Positions 19,120 through 28,699 of a DNA stretch of 64,000 nt are shown piece after piece. The notes under the pieces were generated by a model, which was given only the letters and a program-made list of their open reading frames with translations, did no database searches and had not been told where the DNA came from. How positions within the stretch are numbered: the stretch's first letter is position 1; each line of letters starts with the position of its first letter. This DNA is from Legionellales bacterium (lineage in GTDB: Bacteria; Pseudomonadota; Gammaproteobacteria; UBA1113). The DNA lies in the NCBI GenBank assembly GCA_002709565.1, contig PAPY01000026.1, positions 1,222-65,221 on the forward strand, in the 5' to 3' direction. A program made the position numbers and the translations under genes.

Positions 19120-20129
19120 TGGGTGATCTCCCGCAACCAGCCACGGCGAAAACATAATAATGCTAGCGGCAATACTAACCACAATAACCAACGTCCGCGG
19201 TCGTGCCAGGCACTGGTGGTTTGTTCGACTTTTGCGGCTTGCATGCGTAACTCATGGGCTTGTTGGCTATTCAGTAATTGCTGCACATCTTGATTGCCGT
19301 TGCTGAAGGGGATGTAACTGCCGACACCTACGCGGGCTAACTCTTTGAGGCTAGCGCTGTCTAGTTTGCTGATAACGATGGCGCCGGACTTGTCTTTGAG
19401 GTATTGACCATCGGATAAACTAATGGGCGTGCCTTTGCTGGTCCCAATGCCTAGTACTGATGTGTGATAGCCCTCATCGGCGAGTTTTTTCGCTGCGGCT
19501 AAGGCTTTGTCATCAGGCTTAGTGGCGGTGATCAGCAAAATATCTCCCTGAGGCATATTGGCTTGGCGCAATAGATCACCGGCCATGGTGAGGCCTGCGG
19601 CCATATTCTCGCCATACACCGGCATGATATTGGGATTGAGTGAGGGTACCATCGCCGCAATGGTGTTCGTGTCTTGGGTGAGGGGCGATACCACATGGGG
19701 TTCACCAGAGAACACGACGAGTCCGGTTTGTCCTTCGTCACTGTGTTTGAGTAAATCAAGTAATTTATAACGTGCACGGGTCAGCCGATTAGGTTTCAAG
19801 TCTTGGGCCGCCATATTGGCGGTTAAATCAAACACCACCACGCGCGCTTGTTGGGATTGAAACATGGCTTGGGGCAAATGGGACCAAGTGGGGCCTGCTA
19901 ATGCTAATACTGTCAGTAGCCATGCTATCGCCAACAACACCACCGGCCAACGATGGCGGTGACCGGTTTGGTGACTGAGCAAGTGAGTTAATAGATGGGG
20001 GTCGCAGACATCTTGCCAATTGGATTGACTGGTGTGACGACGCCACAAAGCAATGATGGCCCACAAGAGTGGGATGAGCAGCAATAACCACCACGGGCGC
20101 AAAAAATGAAACTGGCCAAGTTCACTCAT
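19116..20129 (-). CDS. batB: VWA domain-containing protein BatB
   Basis: Two N-terminal TM segments and a von Willebrand A domain (VVVFDLTANM...GLVVFSG...ILLITA), followed by a C-terminal TM. The 4-nt overlap with batA suggests operon coupling. Confidence 0.85.
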   Translation of the reverse strand: MSELGQFHFLRPWWLLLLIPLLWAIIALWRRHTSQSNWQDVCDPHLLTHLLSHQTGHRHRWPVVLLAIAWLLTVLALAGPTWSHLPQAMFQSQQARVVVFDLTANMAAQDLKPNRLTRARYKLLDLLKHSDEGQTGLVVFSGEPHVVSPLTQDTNTIAAMVPSLNPNIMPVYGENMAAGLTMAGDLLRQANMPQGDILLITATKPDDKALAAAKKLADEGYHTSVLGIGTSKGTPISLSDGQYLKDKSGAIVISKLDSASLKELARVGVGSYIPFSNGNQDVQQLLNSQQAHELRMQAAKVEQTTSAWHDRGRWLLWLVLPLALLCFRRGWLREITQ

Positions 20130-21160
20130 GAATGCACCCCGCTCTTATGGCGTTTGAAGGAGAACAGTCGCACATGCCATTCAGGCATTAAGCGCAGGGC
20201 AAAGTATAATGATAATAATAAACTCGCTGCCAACGGCCAGGGGTATAGCGGCTTGGTGGGGCGAAACAGGGTTTCATCGCGACTCACGGGTTCGAGTTTA
20301 TCGATGGCTTGATACACTTGCACCAGACTAGCCGTATCCTTAGCACGGAAAAATTCGCCGCCGGTGAGTTGGGCAATTTGTTGTAAGGTATCCACATCCA
20401 AATCGGCAGAGGGGTTAATGGTCTGCGCGCCTAATACCCCAGGTATGGTTAAATGCTCTGCGCCAAAACCAATGGTATAGATTTTAATGCTTTCTTTCGC
20501 TGCTAACTTGGCAGCTTCGATAGGGCTGACATTGCCGCGATTATTGGCACCATCGGTCAAGAGGATCATGACCCGCGCTTGCTCGGGGTTGTGCATCAAA
20601 CGTTTCACACCCAAACCAATCGCATCACCGATAGCGGTTTGCTGACCAGCCAAACCAATCGAGGTATCGTTTAACATGGTGGTTGCAGTTTTGCGATCAA
20701 ATGTCAGAGGTGTTTGTAAATAAGCTTTGGAGCCAAAGACAATTAAGCCCACCCGGTCACCTTCGCGATGGTCAATAAACTGAGACGCAACGGCTTTGAT
20801 AGCTTGTAAACGATTCACCCGATGACGACCGATATTCATGTCAGGAATTTGCATACTGCCGGATAAGTCGACGGCTAACATGACATCACGGCCATTGCGG
20901 GGCAATCGAATCGGTTCTCCCAGCCATTGCGGGCCTGCTAATGCTAACAGTAACAATACCCAAGCCGTAAATAACAGAATTTGTTGCACAACAGACACGT
21001 TGCCACCGGTCTCGCCGCGGCTGCGATACTGTTGTAGACGTTGATAGAAGGGCACTTTAAGGGCGGTCGTCTCCCGTGGCGCTGCCGCGGGTATGAGGTA
21101 GCGCACTATGAGAGGCAGTGGTAGCAGACACAGGACCCAAAGGGCGGCAAATTGCAGCAT
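20126..21160 (-). CDS. batA: VWA domain-containing protein BatA
   Basis: MIDAS motif MLAVDLSGSM, then GLIVFGSKAY and ILLTDGANN. N- and C-terminal TM helices. Confidence 0.88.
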   Translation of the reverse strand: MLQFAALWVLCLLPLPLIVRYLIPAAAPRETTALKVPFYQRLQQYRSRGETGGNVSVVQQILLFTAWVLLLLALAGPQWLGEPIRLPRNGRDVMLAVDLSGSMQIPDMNIGRHRVNRLQAIKAVASQFIDHREGDRVGLIVFGSKAYLQTPLTFDRKTATTMLNDTSIGLAGQQTAIGDAIGLGVKRLMHNPEQARVMILLTDGANNRGNVSPIEAAKLAAKESIKIYTIGFGAEHLTIPGVLGAQTINPSADLDVDTLQQIAQLTGGEFFRAKDTASLVQVYQAIDKLEPVSRDETLFRPTKPLYPWPLAASLLLSLYFALRLMPEWHVRLFSFKRHKSGVHS

Positions 21161-21621
21161 TACTGTTGCTCCTTCAGCCAGAGTTTAATGGTATCAAAGA
21201 GTTCGCCGGCGGAATCATCCAGCGTCTTCTGATAAGGGGCGGTTAATAACAAACGCCCTGTTCCTTGACTAAAGGCGCGGGTACTACCGGTGCGGTCCAA
21301 AAAGCGTAACCAATCATCGCCACTCAATCCGGCAATTTGGTGGCGGGAATAATAGGCCAAACACAAGCGCCGTAACAACACGGACAATTCTTGAATAATC
21401 TCGGCTTGATGGCTGGCCTGAAACTGCATAGCTAATTCATCGAGGTGGGCAAGGGCATAGCGTTTGAGACTCACTTGGCGCCAGCGGCGATAAATTTTGC
21501 GACCGACAAACGCACCAACGATGAACGCTGCTATCAGTACCACATACCAACCCGGCGCTAAAGGCCACCAACCAATGAGGCTGGGTTCGTGAATGTCCCG
21601 TAAGTTTTCAAGTCCGTTCAC
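21160..21621 (-). CDS. DUF4381-type membrane protein of the Bat operon
   Basis: LRDIHEPSLIGWWPLAPGWYVVLIAAFIV is the characteristic N-terminus. I prefer the GTG at 21621, which has GGAGG 8 nt upstream and overlaps the DUF58 stop, over the ORF-track start at 21684. Confidence 0.6.
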   Translation of the reverse strand: MNGLENLRDIHEPSLIGWWPLAPGWYVVLIAAFIVGAFVGRKIYRRWRQVSLKRYALAHLDELAMQFQASHQAEIIQELSVLLRRLCLAYYSRHQIAGLSGDDWLRFLDRTGSTRAFSQGTGRLLLTAPYQKTLDDSAGELFDTIKLWLKEQQ

Positions 21622-22588
21622 ACTGAGTGCCTCCCAAGCCTTGTTGCAAGCGCTCCAGCACATTGTCACTGGTAGCAATATCAATCAACAGGGCATTATG
21701 CTGTTGATGCAGGGTTTTGAGGTGTTGCCAGTGGGCATCAAATTGCGCCGCATAGGTTCGGCAAAATTTATTGTGGGCGGTATCCATGACCAATTGTTGT
21801 TGGCCATCGGTAACCAAGTAACGGTCTGGTGGTGGCGGGGTTTTCTCTAGCATATCGTAAATAAAACAACTCACCACGTCATTGTGGCGGGTGAGTAATT
21901 TGAGATGATTTTCACTGTGTTCATTAAGGTTGGCAAAGTCACTTAAGATGAACACCAAACTCCCCGGACGCGCCACCCGACGCAAGCGGGCCAGGGCTTC
22001 GGTTAGGGCATCGGGCTCAGGGGTCACTTGTTGCGGAATTTGACTCTCGGATAAATACTTCAATAACGGTAACACACCAAACTTGCCGCCTCGAGGACGC
22101 AGCTCGATATGTTTTTGCCCCTGGAACACAATACCGCCAATGCGGTCATGGTGGTGCATGCCTGCCCAGGCAATTAAGGCTGCCGCCTCGGTGGCGATGG
22201 CGGACTTAAAGGTCACCCGAGTGCCGAAATACATACTGGCACTGTGGTCGACAACGATGAATACAGGGCGTTCACGTTCTTCGTGAAAGACTTTGGTGTG
22301 AGGCTTGCCGGTGCGAGCGGTGACCCGCCAATCCATCAAGCGGATATCATCGCCGGGTTGGTAACCCCGCACTTCTTCAAAATCAATACCCCGGCCCTTA
22401 AAGCCAGAGATGTGCATGCCGGCGTAATCCGTCAACACCCGCTTGCGGCTGTCGAGATTTAATTTCTCGGCATCAAAGCGCAAGTCAATTAAGGCGTCGA
22501 GGGGTAAGCCCAAGGGCGAGACTTCCCGGGCGGGTTTCGCAGCGACGAAGTGTTTCGCCGTTTCAAACCATTGTTTGGCTTTGGACAT
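21608..22588 (-). CDS. DUF58 domain-containing protein (MoxR partner)
   Basis: 326 aa. GYQPGDDIRLMDWRVTARTGKPHTKVFHEERE is the DUF58 signature. A VWA-like tail follows (FIVVDHSASM). Confidence 0.88.
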   Translation of the reverse strand: MSKAKQWFETAKHFVAAKPAREVSPLGLPLDALIDLRFDAEKLNLDSRKRVLTDYAGMHISGFKGRGIDFEEVRGYQPGDDIRLMDWRVTARTGKPHTKVFHEERERPVFIVVDHSASMYFGTRVTFKSAIATEAAALIAWAGMHHHDRIGGIVFQGQKHIELRPRGGKFGVLPLLKYLSESQIPQQVTPEPDALTEALARLRRVARPGSLVFILSDFANLNEHSENHLKLLTRHNDVVSCFIYDMLEKTPPPPDRYLVTDGQQQLVMDTAHNKFCRTYAAQFDAHWQHLKTLHQQHNALLIDIATSDNVLERLQQGLGGTQCERT

Positions 22589-22605
22589 AGTGACCTACCT
22601 TGGTA

Positions 22606-23601
22606 CTAGGGAACCGCAACGCGACGAATGATTTCATCCAACACATGATTCGGCGTAATGCCTTGGGCTTCCGCCTCAAAGGTTAACAGAATACGATGGC
22701 GCAACACATCATGAGCCACGGCATGGATATCTTCCGGTGAGACGTAATCGCGACCTTGTAACCAGGCATAGGCACGTGAAGCTCTATCAAGGCCGATAGT
22801 GCCCCGAGGGCTTGCGCCGTAACGTAGCCATTTAGCCAAATCATCACCGTAAGCAGAGGGATGACGGGTCGCCATCACCAATTGCACCAAGTATTCCTCT
22901 AAGGCAGGGCTCAAATGCAAGTCAAGGATCTCACCACGAATGGCGAAAATTTGTTCCTGGGTGATTTTGGGGACGGATTTTGGTGTGTGTTGGGTTGCTT
23001 GTTTGGTTTCAGCGCGATTGAGCGCCAAAATTTGTTTCTCCGCGCTGGTTTCTGGATAATCAATGCGCACATAGAGTAAGAAACGATCAAGTTGCGCCTC
23101 TGGTAATGGGTAGGTACCTTCTTGCTCGATGGGGTTTTGAGTCGCCATCACCAAATACAAAGGCGGCAGATCATACGTCGTACGGCCAATGGTAATTTGT
23201 CGTTCCGCCATGGCTTCAAGGAGGGCGGATTGGACCTTGGCCGGGGCGCGATTGATTTCATCAGCGAGCAATACATTATGGAATAATGGCCCTTGTTGGA
23301 ATACAAATGATCCATCTTGTTGGCGAAAAATTTCTGTCCCGGTTAAATCCGCGGGCAATAAGTCCGGCGTGAATTGAATACGGTGAAAGTCACCCTCGAT
23401 ACAGGCAGACAGTTCCTTAATTGCGGTTGTCTTCGCCAACCCTGGTGCACCTTCAACCAATAGATGACCGTCAGAGAGGAGGGCAACCAGTAATGTGTTG
23501 ACTAAATGTTCTTGTCCAATGATCCGTTGTTTTAAGTGGCTTGCCAGTTCTGTGACCAGTGTGTGGTGGGAGGAGGTGCGTTCAACGACTGAGTTTTCCA
23601 T
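22606..23601 (-). CDS. moxR: MoxR-family AAA+ ATPase
   Basis: Walker A EGAPGLAKT, Walker B LLADEINRA, and MATQNPIEQEGTYPLPEAQLDRF (sensor / Arg finger region). Confidence 0.95.
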   Translation of the reverse strand: MENSVVERTSSHHTLVTELASHLKQRIIGQEHLVNTLLVALLSDGHLLVEGAPGLAKTTAIKELSACIEGDFHRIQFTPDLLPADLTGTEIFRQQDGSFVFQQGPLFHNVLLADEINRAPAKVQSALLEAMAERQITIGRTTYDLPPLYLVMATQNPIEQEGTYPLPEAQLDRFLLYVRIDYPETSAEKQILALNRAETKQATQHTPKSVPKITQEQIFAIRGEILDLHLSPALEEYLVQLVMATRHPSAYGDDLAKWLRYGASPRGTIGLDRASRAYAWLQGRDYVSPEDIHAVAHDVLRHRILLTFEAEAQGITPNHVLDEIIRRVAVP

Positions 23602-24066
23602 GGTTTGTCCTTAGGTTTGAGACGAAAGAGTAATATGCCATAAGCAGGTTGCCAAAGACAACTGTCGGGAGAAACATTTATAACCACATCTACCATCCAG
23701 CAACAAGTATGAAACACCATTGAAACGAACTGCCGTGTTTAGAAGCATCAATACTGAAATCATCAACGATATTATTCTGCGAATTAACACAGGCAAAAAA
23801 TTCAAATAAAAAAAGCACAAAACAACAACGAACAGCCGATTAAATTTTATTTTTTTTCGCAAATAAATCATTAATTATGGCAAATGTCTGCTTGTAACTT
23901 TATTGTTTTTACCTATAATCAGCGGCTGAATGATGACGAACACTGTGATTGTCAGGAAAATAACAAGTCACTCAAGTGCGCCATAACAATAATTATTCCA
24001 CTCACTTTACACTTGCATTGGTCCGGTTAATTTTCTGCTGCAGTACAACCGAGAGGAAATATAATT

Positions 24067-27000
24067 ATGTACACCCATGAAATTATTGCGGAACTAGAAC
24101 GAATTGCTTATATCGATCGTGCTAAGGGTAATGCTCTTGATGTGATGCGCCACCCTGTTGATAGTAGCACACAATTCTTTAATGGATGGAAATCTCAAAA
24201 CAAGCTGTTAGAAATGGCTCAATTAATTAAAATACGCTTGTTAGAAGAGCATGCGCGTTTAACTCTAGAGAACAGCCGAACAGAACCCCAACGAGTAATG
24301 TTTGATGCGTTGAATCAGCATGATAATGCTGATAGCCAGGAAAATGACTACACTGACCCACTATCACAGCTAACCTACATAAAGGACGAACGTCACCAGA
24401 GTTATGAGCGTAATGCGGGTGTCAAAGACTATGTTCAGCAGTCCGATAACTACAAGCTGGTCGGTACTGAGAATTACACGGATGACGACTCCAAGCAACT
24501 GGAAAAGTCCCTACAGTTGAAACTATTGCTAGATATTGATAAGCAATTGTCAGTCTTACATGACCCACAAGCGCCCGTCTACCAAGAGTTAATAATGTTA
24601 CGGCAACGGATGTTGCAAGATAATGAACTGCGTCATGATTATGAGCTGCGCAAAGCCAATGAGATGGTGTCGGCACGTACTAATTATAATCGTAGAGATC
24701 ATGATGAAGACTTTCGTGTGTTTATAAACGGGCAAATGCAAGACCAAGGACGTGACACTCTTATTTCCGACTTGCTAGCCTCTCGAGTGACGACACCTAC
24801 CACTGCCGATGAACTTAAGGCCGACCCCCTCGCTTCAATGGCGCGGTATTTGGATTTCTTGGATGCTGCGGTTGCGGATGCCTGGGGTAAGTTCCAGGTT
24901 CTAGAGGCTAATTTGGAGTCAACTGACGCGAATGAGCGAAACAGCGCTGAAGACGCTCGAGCGCTGTATAAAATGCGCTTAGCTTTTCGTGCTAAGGAGC
25001 TAAGAAATATCTTGAATGAAGCCAGCGAACTAGGATTACAGTCTGTCATAGATGCCTTCGAGCCCCGCCTCGCTGACATATTACAATATGAGTTAACTGG
25101 CGAATTGAAAGCATTTAATGAACGGAATACATCGTTGTCTGCAACAGGTGACGTCAATCGGATTAAAAACGTATTGATGACAGCTATAGGCGTCGACAAT
25201 GGAGAAGTTTCGGCTGCGTCTATGGCCGTCGACATCTCGGAAAATCTGGACGGCGAGGATGATGTTGATCATCAGGGTAGCTACCACGTCGGTAGAGAAG
25301 TTGGATCAGGACAGGAAGACAACCACGTTATGGAGGGAGGGTCATTTCATGGTCATTATCATGACGAGAGCTTTATTATAGAGGCTCAAAGCCCCCGTGC
25401 TAACGCCGAAAAGCTTGCTGAGATTTATGATGCGTTACTAACGGCTGAGCAGAGTTTGAAGGAAATGGATGGTAAGCAAGTCACTAAGAACGAGAATACC
25501 GCCCATGGCGAATTACTTGATACAGTCCTTGGTTATATCAACGAAATTGAAGCCATGCAATCTCAGGCGGTTGTAGGAGAAGCGGTTGTTTCACTGTCCT
25601 CTGACGAGTCAGCAAGTGCAATGCCTCGTAGTACATATGGTGGAGGCGATTTATTGGAGCACACTTCTACTGATAACGTTGACGGAGGATCTGCAGAGGT
25701 TGAGCTCGATAGTGATTTGTCCCAATACGGTGACCAAGATAGAGGGCTTGATCAGCGTGACGATGCGCAATATGGTGTTATTGATACTCAGGATAGTGGA
25801 GAGGAGGTTGATGCTCAAGATGATGGGGGTATTGAGAGTCTTCGACATCCTATCCGGCATCGCAATCAGAGCTCACAAACCGAGCCAAGCCCATCACCAG
25901 CGCCAGCGGTGTCTATGGTTATGCGGTCAACTGCTGGACTCAGCAGTACTTCGCCTGCCATACACGGCAGCGTGCATAGACAAATTGCATTTGGCACGGA
26001 TGCGCCAAGTTACTCAACCGAAGACGCAATCACTATTCCCGCAGGTGCTATTCGTGAAGCGCGTAGTCGACGTTTTTATGCAGAGGTAGTAAAACGTGCC
26101 AATGCGTTGCTCCAAGCTTCACGTTGTCATACCAATACAAGTATGACAGACTTATTTACCGACTTAGATACAGCGATTAAACATATTGATCGTAATCCAG
26201 AAAAATTGATCCATGCCTTATTTGCAATCAATCACCACAATCGAGTGTATAAGATCATGAACATTAGCTATATCAGCGATATACCTAAAGACTTGAGGGC
26301 TAAAGCGGGCAGTATCATACAATTCATGTTTGATAATGCAGCGCGTCATGATGGTCTGGTAAAACACTTGGAGGAACAAAATGCTCGGTTTTTCGCTAAG
26401 GATTTAGTAAATGCGTTTACTTCAATATTGAACATCTTGCCCTATCGTGAGGATAGAACTGTTAAAGCACTTAACCGGTATAAGAATAACATCAAGGAAG
26501 CCGAGATGTTAGAAGCTAAGATTCTAGAAATTCTAAATGAGGAATATTCCTCTGAAATTGCCCGTCATACCGCAATTGTTGCGCGAATAGCGTATAATTA
26601 CCGTGCGGTGACAAAAGATGGCAAAAACATTGATGGGCAGTATTTAACAGAGATTCTTGAACCAATGATGCAAGAGAAACTCACCCATATGAACCCAGTT
26701 GCCAAAATGATTTGGCTTGGCGCTCGCTATATTGGCGAAGCACGTCGGCAGAAGAAAGCCTTGTCAGGTCACTCTTCACAAGAGCAGCAGAAATTCATCA
26801 ATGCGTTTATACGAACCATGGAGACTATGATAACTGAGGCTCAGGAACAACAATCCCCAGGTATCTTTAAGAAACTGTTGTATAAGATGATCATCGCTGA
26901 GCACTATGCTCAGCAACAAGGTTATGTTGGTTCCCTATCAAAAGCGACTTTTTATAAGATGATAACGACGCTGATTGATGAACAGCTAGATGGGAATTTG

Positions 27001-27300
27001 CATGTATTAAGTGGCGGTGACGAACAGGAATTACGATCGTTACGCCGTGACTTACGAAGCGGTAAGCGGAGTCATGAGATCGAAGAAGCTTTTGATTATC
27101 GAAAAGAGCTTCAGCGAGGCAATAGTGCGGTGGAAATTAACGCAGGAGATGCGCTCAGTGCTTTAGCTGTGATCACTAAACCAGGGAGAGACACTCGCTC
27201 TGTTACCGACAACCGCGAACGGGAACAACGTGTTGACACTTCTGAGAATGGTTATGGTTCAAGATCCTTAAGCATGAACAGTTTCAGCAGCAGTGAATAA
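24067..27300 (+). CDS. large orphan acidic protein (1077 aa), candidate secreted effector
   Basis: Uninterrupted 3.2-kb ORF after a 465-bp AT-rich gap. There are no TM segments, signal peptide or enzymatic motif. The central region is Asp/Glu/Ser-rich and looks disordered. The C-terminus SLSMNSFSSSE is polar. Confidence 0.7.
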   Translation: MYTHEIIAELERIAYIDRAKGNALDVMRHPVDSSTQFFNGWKSQNKLLEMAQLIKIRLLEEHARLTLENSRTEPQRVMFDALNQHDNADSQENDYTDPLSQLTYIKDERHQSYERNAGVKDYVQQSDNYKLVGTENYTDDDSKQLEKSLQLKLLLDIDKQLSVLHDPQAPVYQELIMLRQRMLQDNELRHDYELRKANEMVSARTNYNRRDHDEDFRVFINGQMQDQGRDTLISDLLASRVTTPTTADELKADPLASMARYLDFLDAAVADAWGKFQVLEANLESTDANERNSAEDARALYKMRLAFRAKELRNILNEASELGLQSVIDAFEPRLADILQYELTGELKAFNERNTSLSATGDVNRIKNVLMTAIGVDNGEVSAASMAVDISENLDGEDDVDHQGSYHVGREVGSGQEDNHVMEGGSFHGHYHDESFIIEAQSPRANAEKLAEIYDALLTAEQSLKEMDGKQVTKNENTAHGELLDTVLGYINEIEAMQSQAVVGEAVVSLSSDESASAMPRSTYGGGDLLEHTSTDNVDGGSAEVELDSDLSQYGDQDRGLDQRDDAQYGVIDTQDSGEEVDAQDDGGIESLRHPIRHRNQSSQTEPSPSPAPAVSMVMRSTAGLSSTSPAIHGSVHRQIAFGTDAPSYSTEDAITIPAGAIREARSRRFYAEVVKRANALLQASRCHTNTSMTDLFTDLDTAIKHIDRNPEKLIHALFAINHHNRVYKIMNISYISDIPKDLRAKAGSIIQFMFDNAARHDGLVKHLEEQNARFFAKDLVNAFTSILNILPYREDRTVKALNRYKNNIKEAEMLEAKILEILNEEYSSEIARHTAIVARIAYNYRAVTKDGKNIDGQYLTEILEPMMQEKLTHMNPVAKMIWLGARYIGEARRQKKALSGHSSQEQQKFINAFIRTMETMITEAQEQQSPGIFKKLLYKMIIAEHYAQQQGYVGSLSKATFYKMITTLIDEQLDGNLHVLSGGDEQELRSLRRDLRSGKRSHEIEEAFDYRKELQRGNSAVEINAGDALSALAVITKPGRDTRSVTDNREREQRVDTSENGYGSRSLSMNSFSSSE

Positions 27301-27317
27301 AGTTCTGTCATCCCTGG

Positions 27318-27354
27318 GCTCCTCTTCTTGCGTTGAAGACGCAGGAAGAGGAGC
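27318..27354. terminator. hairpin between convergent genes (possible bidirectional terminator)
   Basis: gctcctcttcttgcg-ttgaaga-cgcaggaagaggagc forms a 15-bp stem with one G-T wobble. It lies between the 24067-27300 stop and the add stop. A T-run (gctttttt) follows only about 20 nt later. Confidence 0.5.
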
Positions 27355-27406
27355 GGGGATAACATTGCTGATGCTTTTTTCGAATCCTGGATTGCGAGCC
27401 TAGATT

Positions 27407-28372
27407 CTACACCCGCCCGCGCAATGTTTCCTTTAACACATCATCCGCAAAGCTGGCATCGATGGCCATGTGGGTGATGTCGTTAAGCTCTGACTCGGAT
27501 AAACCAAATACATTCTTAGCCGTCTCATATTCTTTACCCAACGTTGTGTTAAAGAACGGTGGATCATCGGAGCTCAGGCTGACCTTGACACCAGCATCAC
27601 GCAATTTGACGAAGGGGTGTTCACTGAAGTCATTGTAAACGCCTAAGGCGATGTTACTGCCAGGACAGACTTCAAGGGCAATGTCTCTATCGATGAGGGC
27701 GGCAATTAAGTTCGGATCTTCAATCGCCCGCACTCCATGACCTAAGCGTTGTACCGGTAATTTGTCGATGGCTTCCCACATGGACTGGGTGTCACCCCAT
27801 TCACCGGCATGAACATTACACCTGAGACCGGCCTCATGAGCAATGTGATAGGCTTTAGCAAATTGTCCCGGCGGGAAGCCTAATTCATCACCCCCCATGC
27901 CGAAGCCAACAATATAAGGATGCAAACGTTTCACGGTCTCCTCCGCAACCTTGATACATTTCTCCACGCCAAAATGACGTACACAGGTAATAATGATTCG
28001 ACTGTCGATGTTAAAATCCCGTTTCGCATCATCAATTGCCTTGATACAACCGGCCAACATGTCATCGTAACTAATGCCACAGAGTTCAGCATGATCAGGC
28101 GAGGGCATGAATTCCACATAAATTGCCCCTTCATTGGCACAGCGTTTGAGGTAATCATAGGTGATGGCGTAGTAATCCTCGCCAGTGCGTAACACCTGGC
28201 TGGCTTTGTCATAGACATTCAAAAAGTCCATGAAATCTTGCCAGATATAGGTGCTGTTGGGCCCGATGATATCTCTTGGGGCGTCAATTTTATTACGCCC
28301 GGCGATGTCCAACATTAATTCTGGTGCGATGGCACCTTCTAAATGCAGGTGTAGTTCTACTTTTGCTACCAT
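27407..28372 (-). CDS. add: adenosine deaminase
   Basis: VELHLHLEGAI metal-binding motif, GMGGDE, NVHAGE and SLSSDDPPFF (the catalytic Asp pair). Confidence 0.92.
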   Translation of the reverse strand: MVAKVELHLHLEGAIAPELMLDIAGRNKIDAPRDIIGPNSTYIWQDFMDFLNVYDKASQVLRTGEDYYAITYDYLKRCANEGAIYVEFMPSPDHAELCGISYDDMLAGCIKAIDDAKRDFNIDSRIIITCVRHFGVEKCIKVAEETVKRLHPYIVGFGMGGDELGFPPGQFAKAYHIAHEAGLRCNVHAGEWGDTQSMWEAIDKLPVQRLGHGVRAIEDPNLIAALIDRDIALEVCPGSNIALGVYNDFSEHPFVKLRDAGVKVSLSSDDPPFFNTTLGKEYETAKNVFGLSESELNDITHMAIDASFADDVLKETLRGRV

Positions 28373-28444
28373 AATTTCTCCTCAATAACGTCGTCTTTTT
28401 CTGCAGGGCTGTGTTATGGAAAATTTTTATTCGGTCATTTACTA

Positions 28445-28587
28445 CCGACATTCCGCACCAGTCTCTTTTTGCGCATAAAAGGGTAAAAAATCAACTCAAA
28501 ATGCTCAGGTATTGCATATACATTCCGCTTTTTCGTTAATTTTTTACCCCTTTCTGCATCAAAAATAGCTCTGGTGCGAAAAGCCGG
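28445..28587 (+). mobile_element. MITE-like element, full-length copy 1 (143 bp)
   Basis: About 45-bp imperfect terminal inverted repeats (ccgacattccgcaccagtctctttttgcgc... / ...gcatcaaaaatagctctggtgcgaaaagccgg). Nearly identical to 49646-49788. Flanked by ttacta on both sides. Confidence 0.8.
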
Positions 28588-28699
28588 TTACTACTATGTA
28601 AACTCCCTCAAAAAAATTTCCTATGCCGTGCTCTGCAAAAAAATACTCGTTCTTGATTGATTGTGCTTCTAGCTAATCTAAAAGCAAATCAATCATTGT

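Noticed and set aside
21622-21684. Upstream ATG start (21684) for the DUF4381 gene
   Set aside because: It would overlap the DUF58 gene by 77 nt and add a Cys/Trp-rich non-conserved leader. GTG 21621 with a GGAGG RBS fits better. This remains uncertain.
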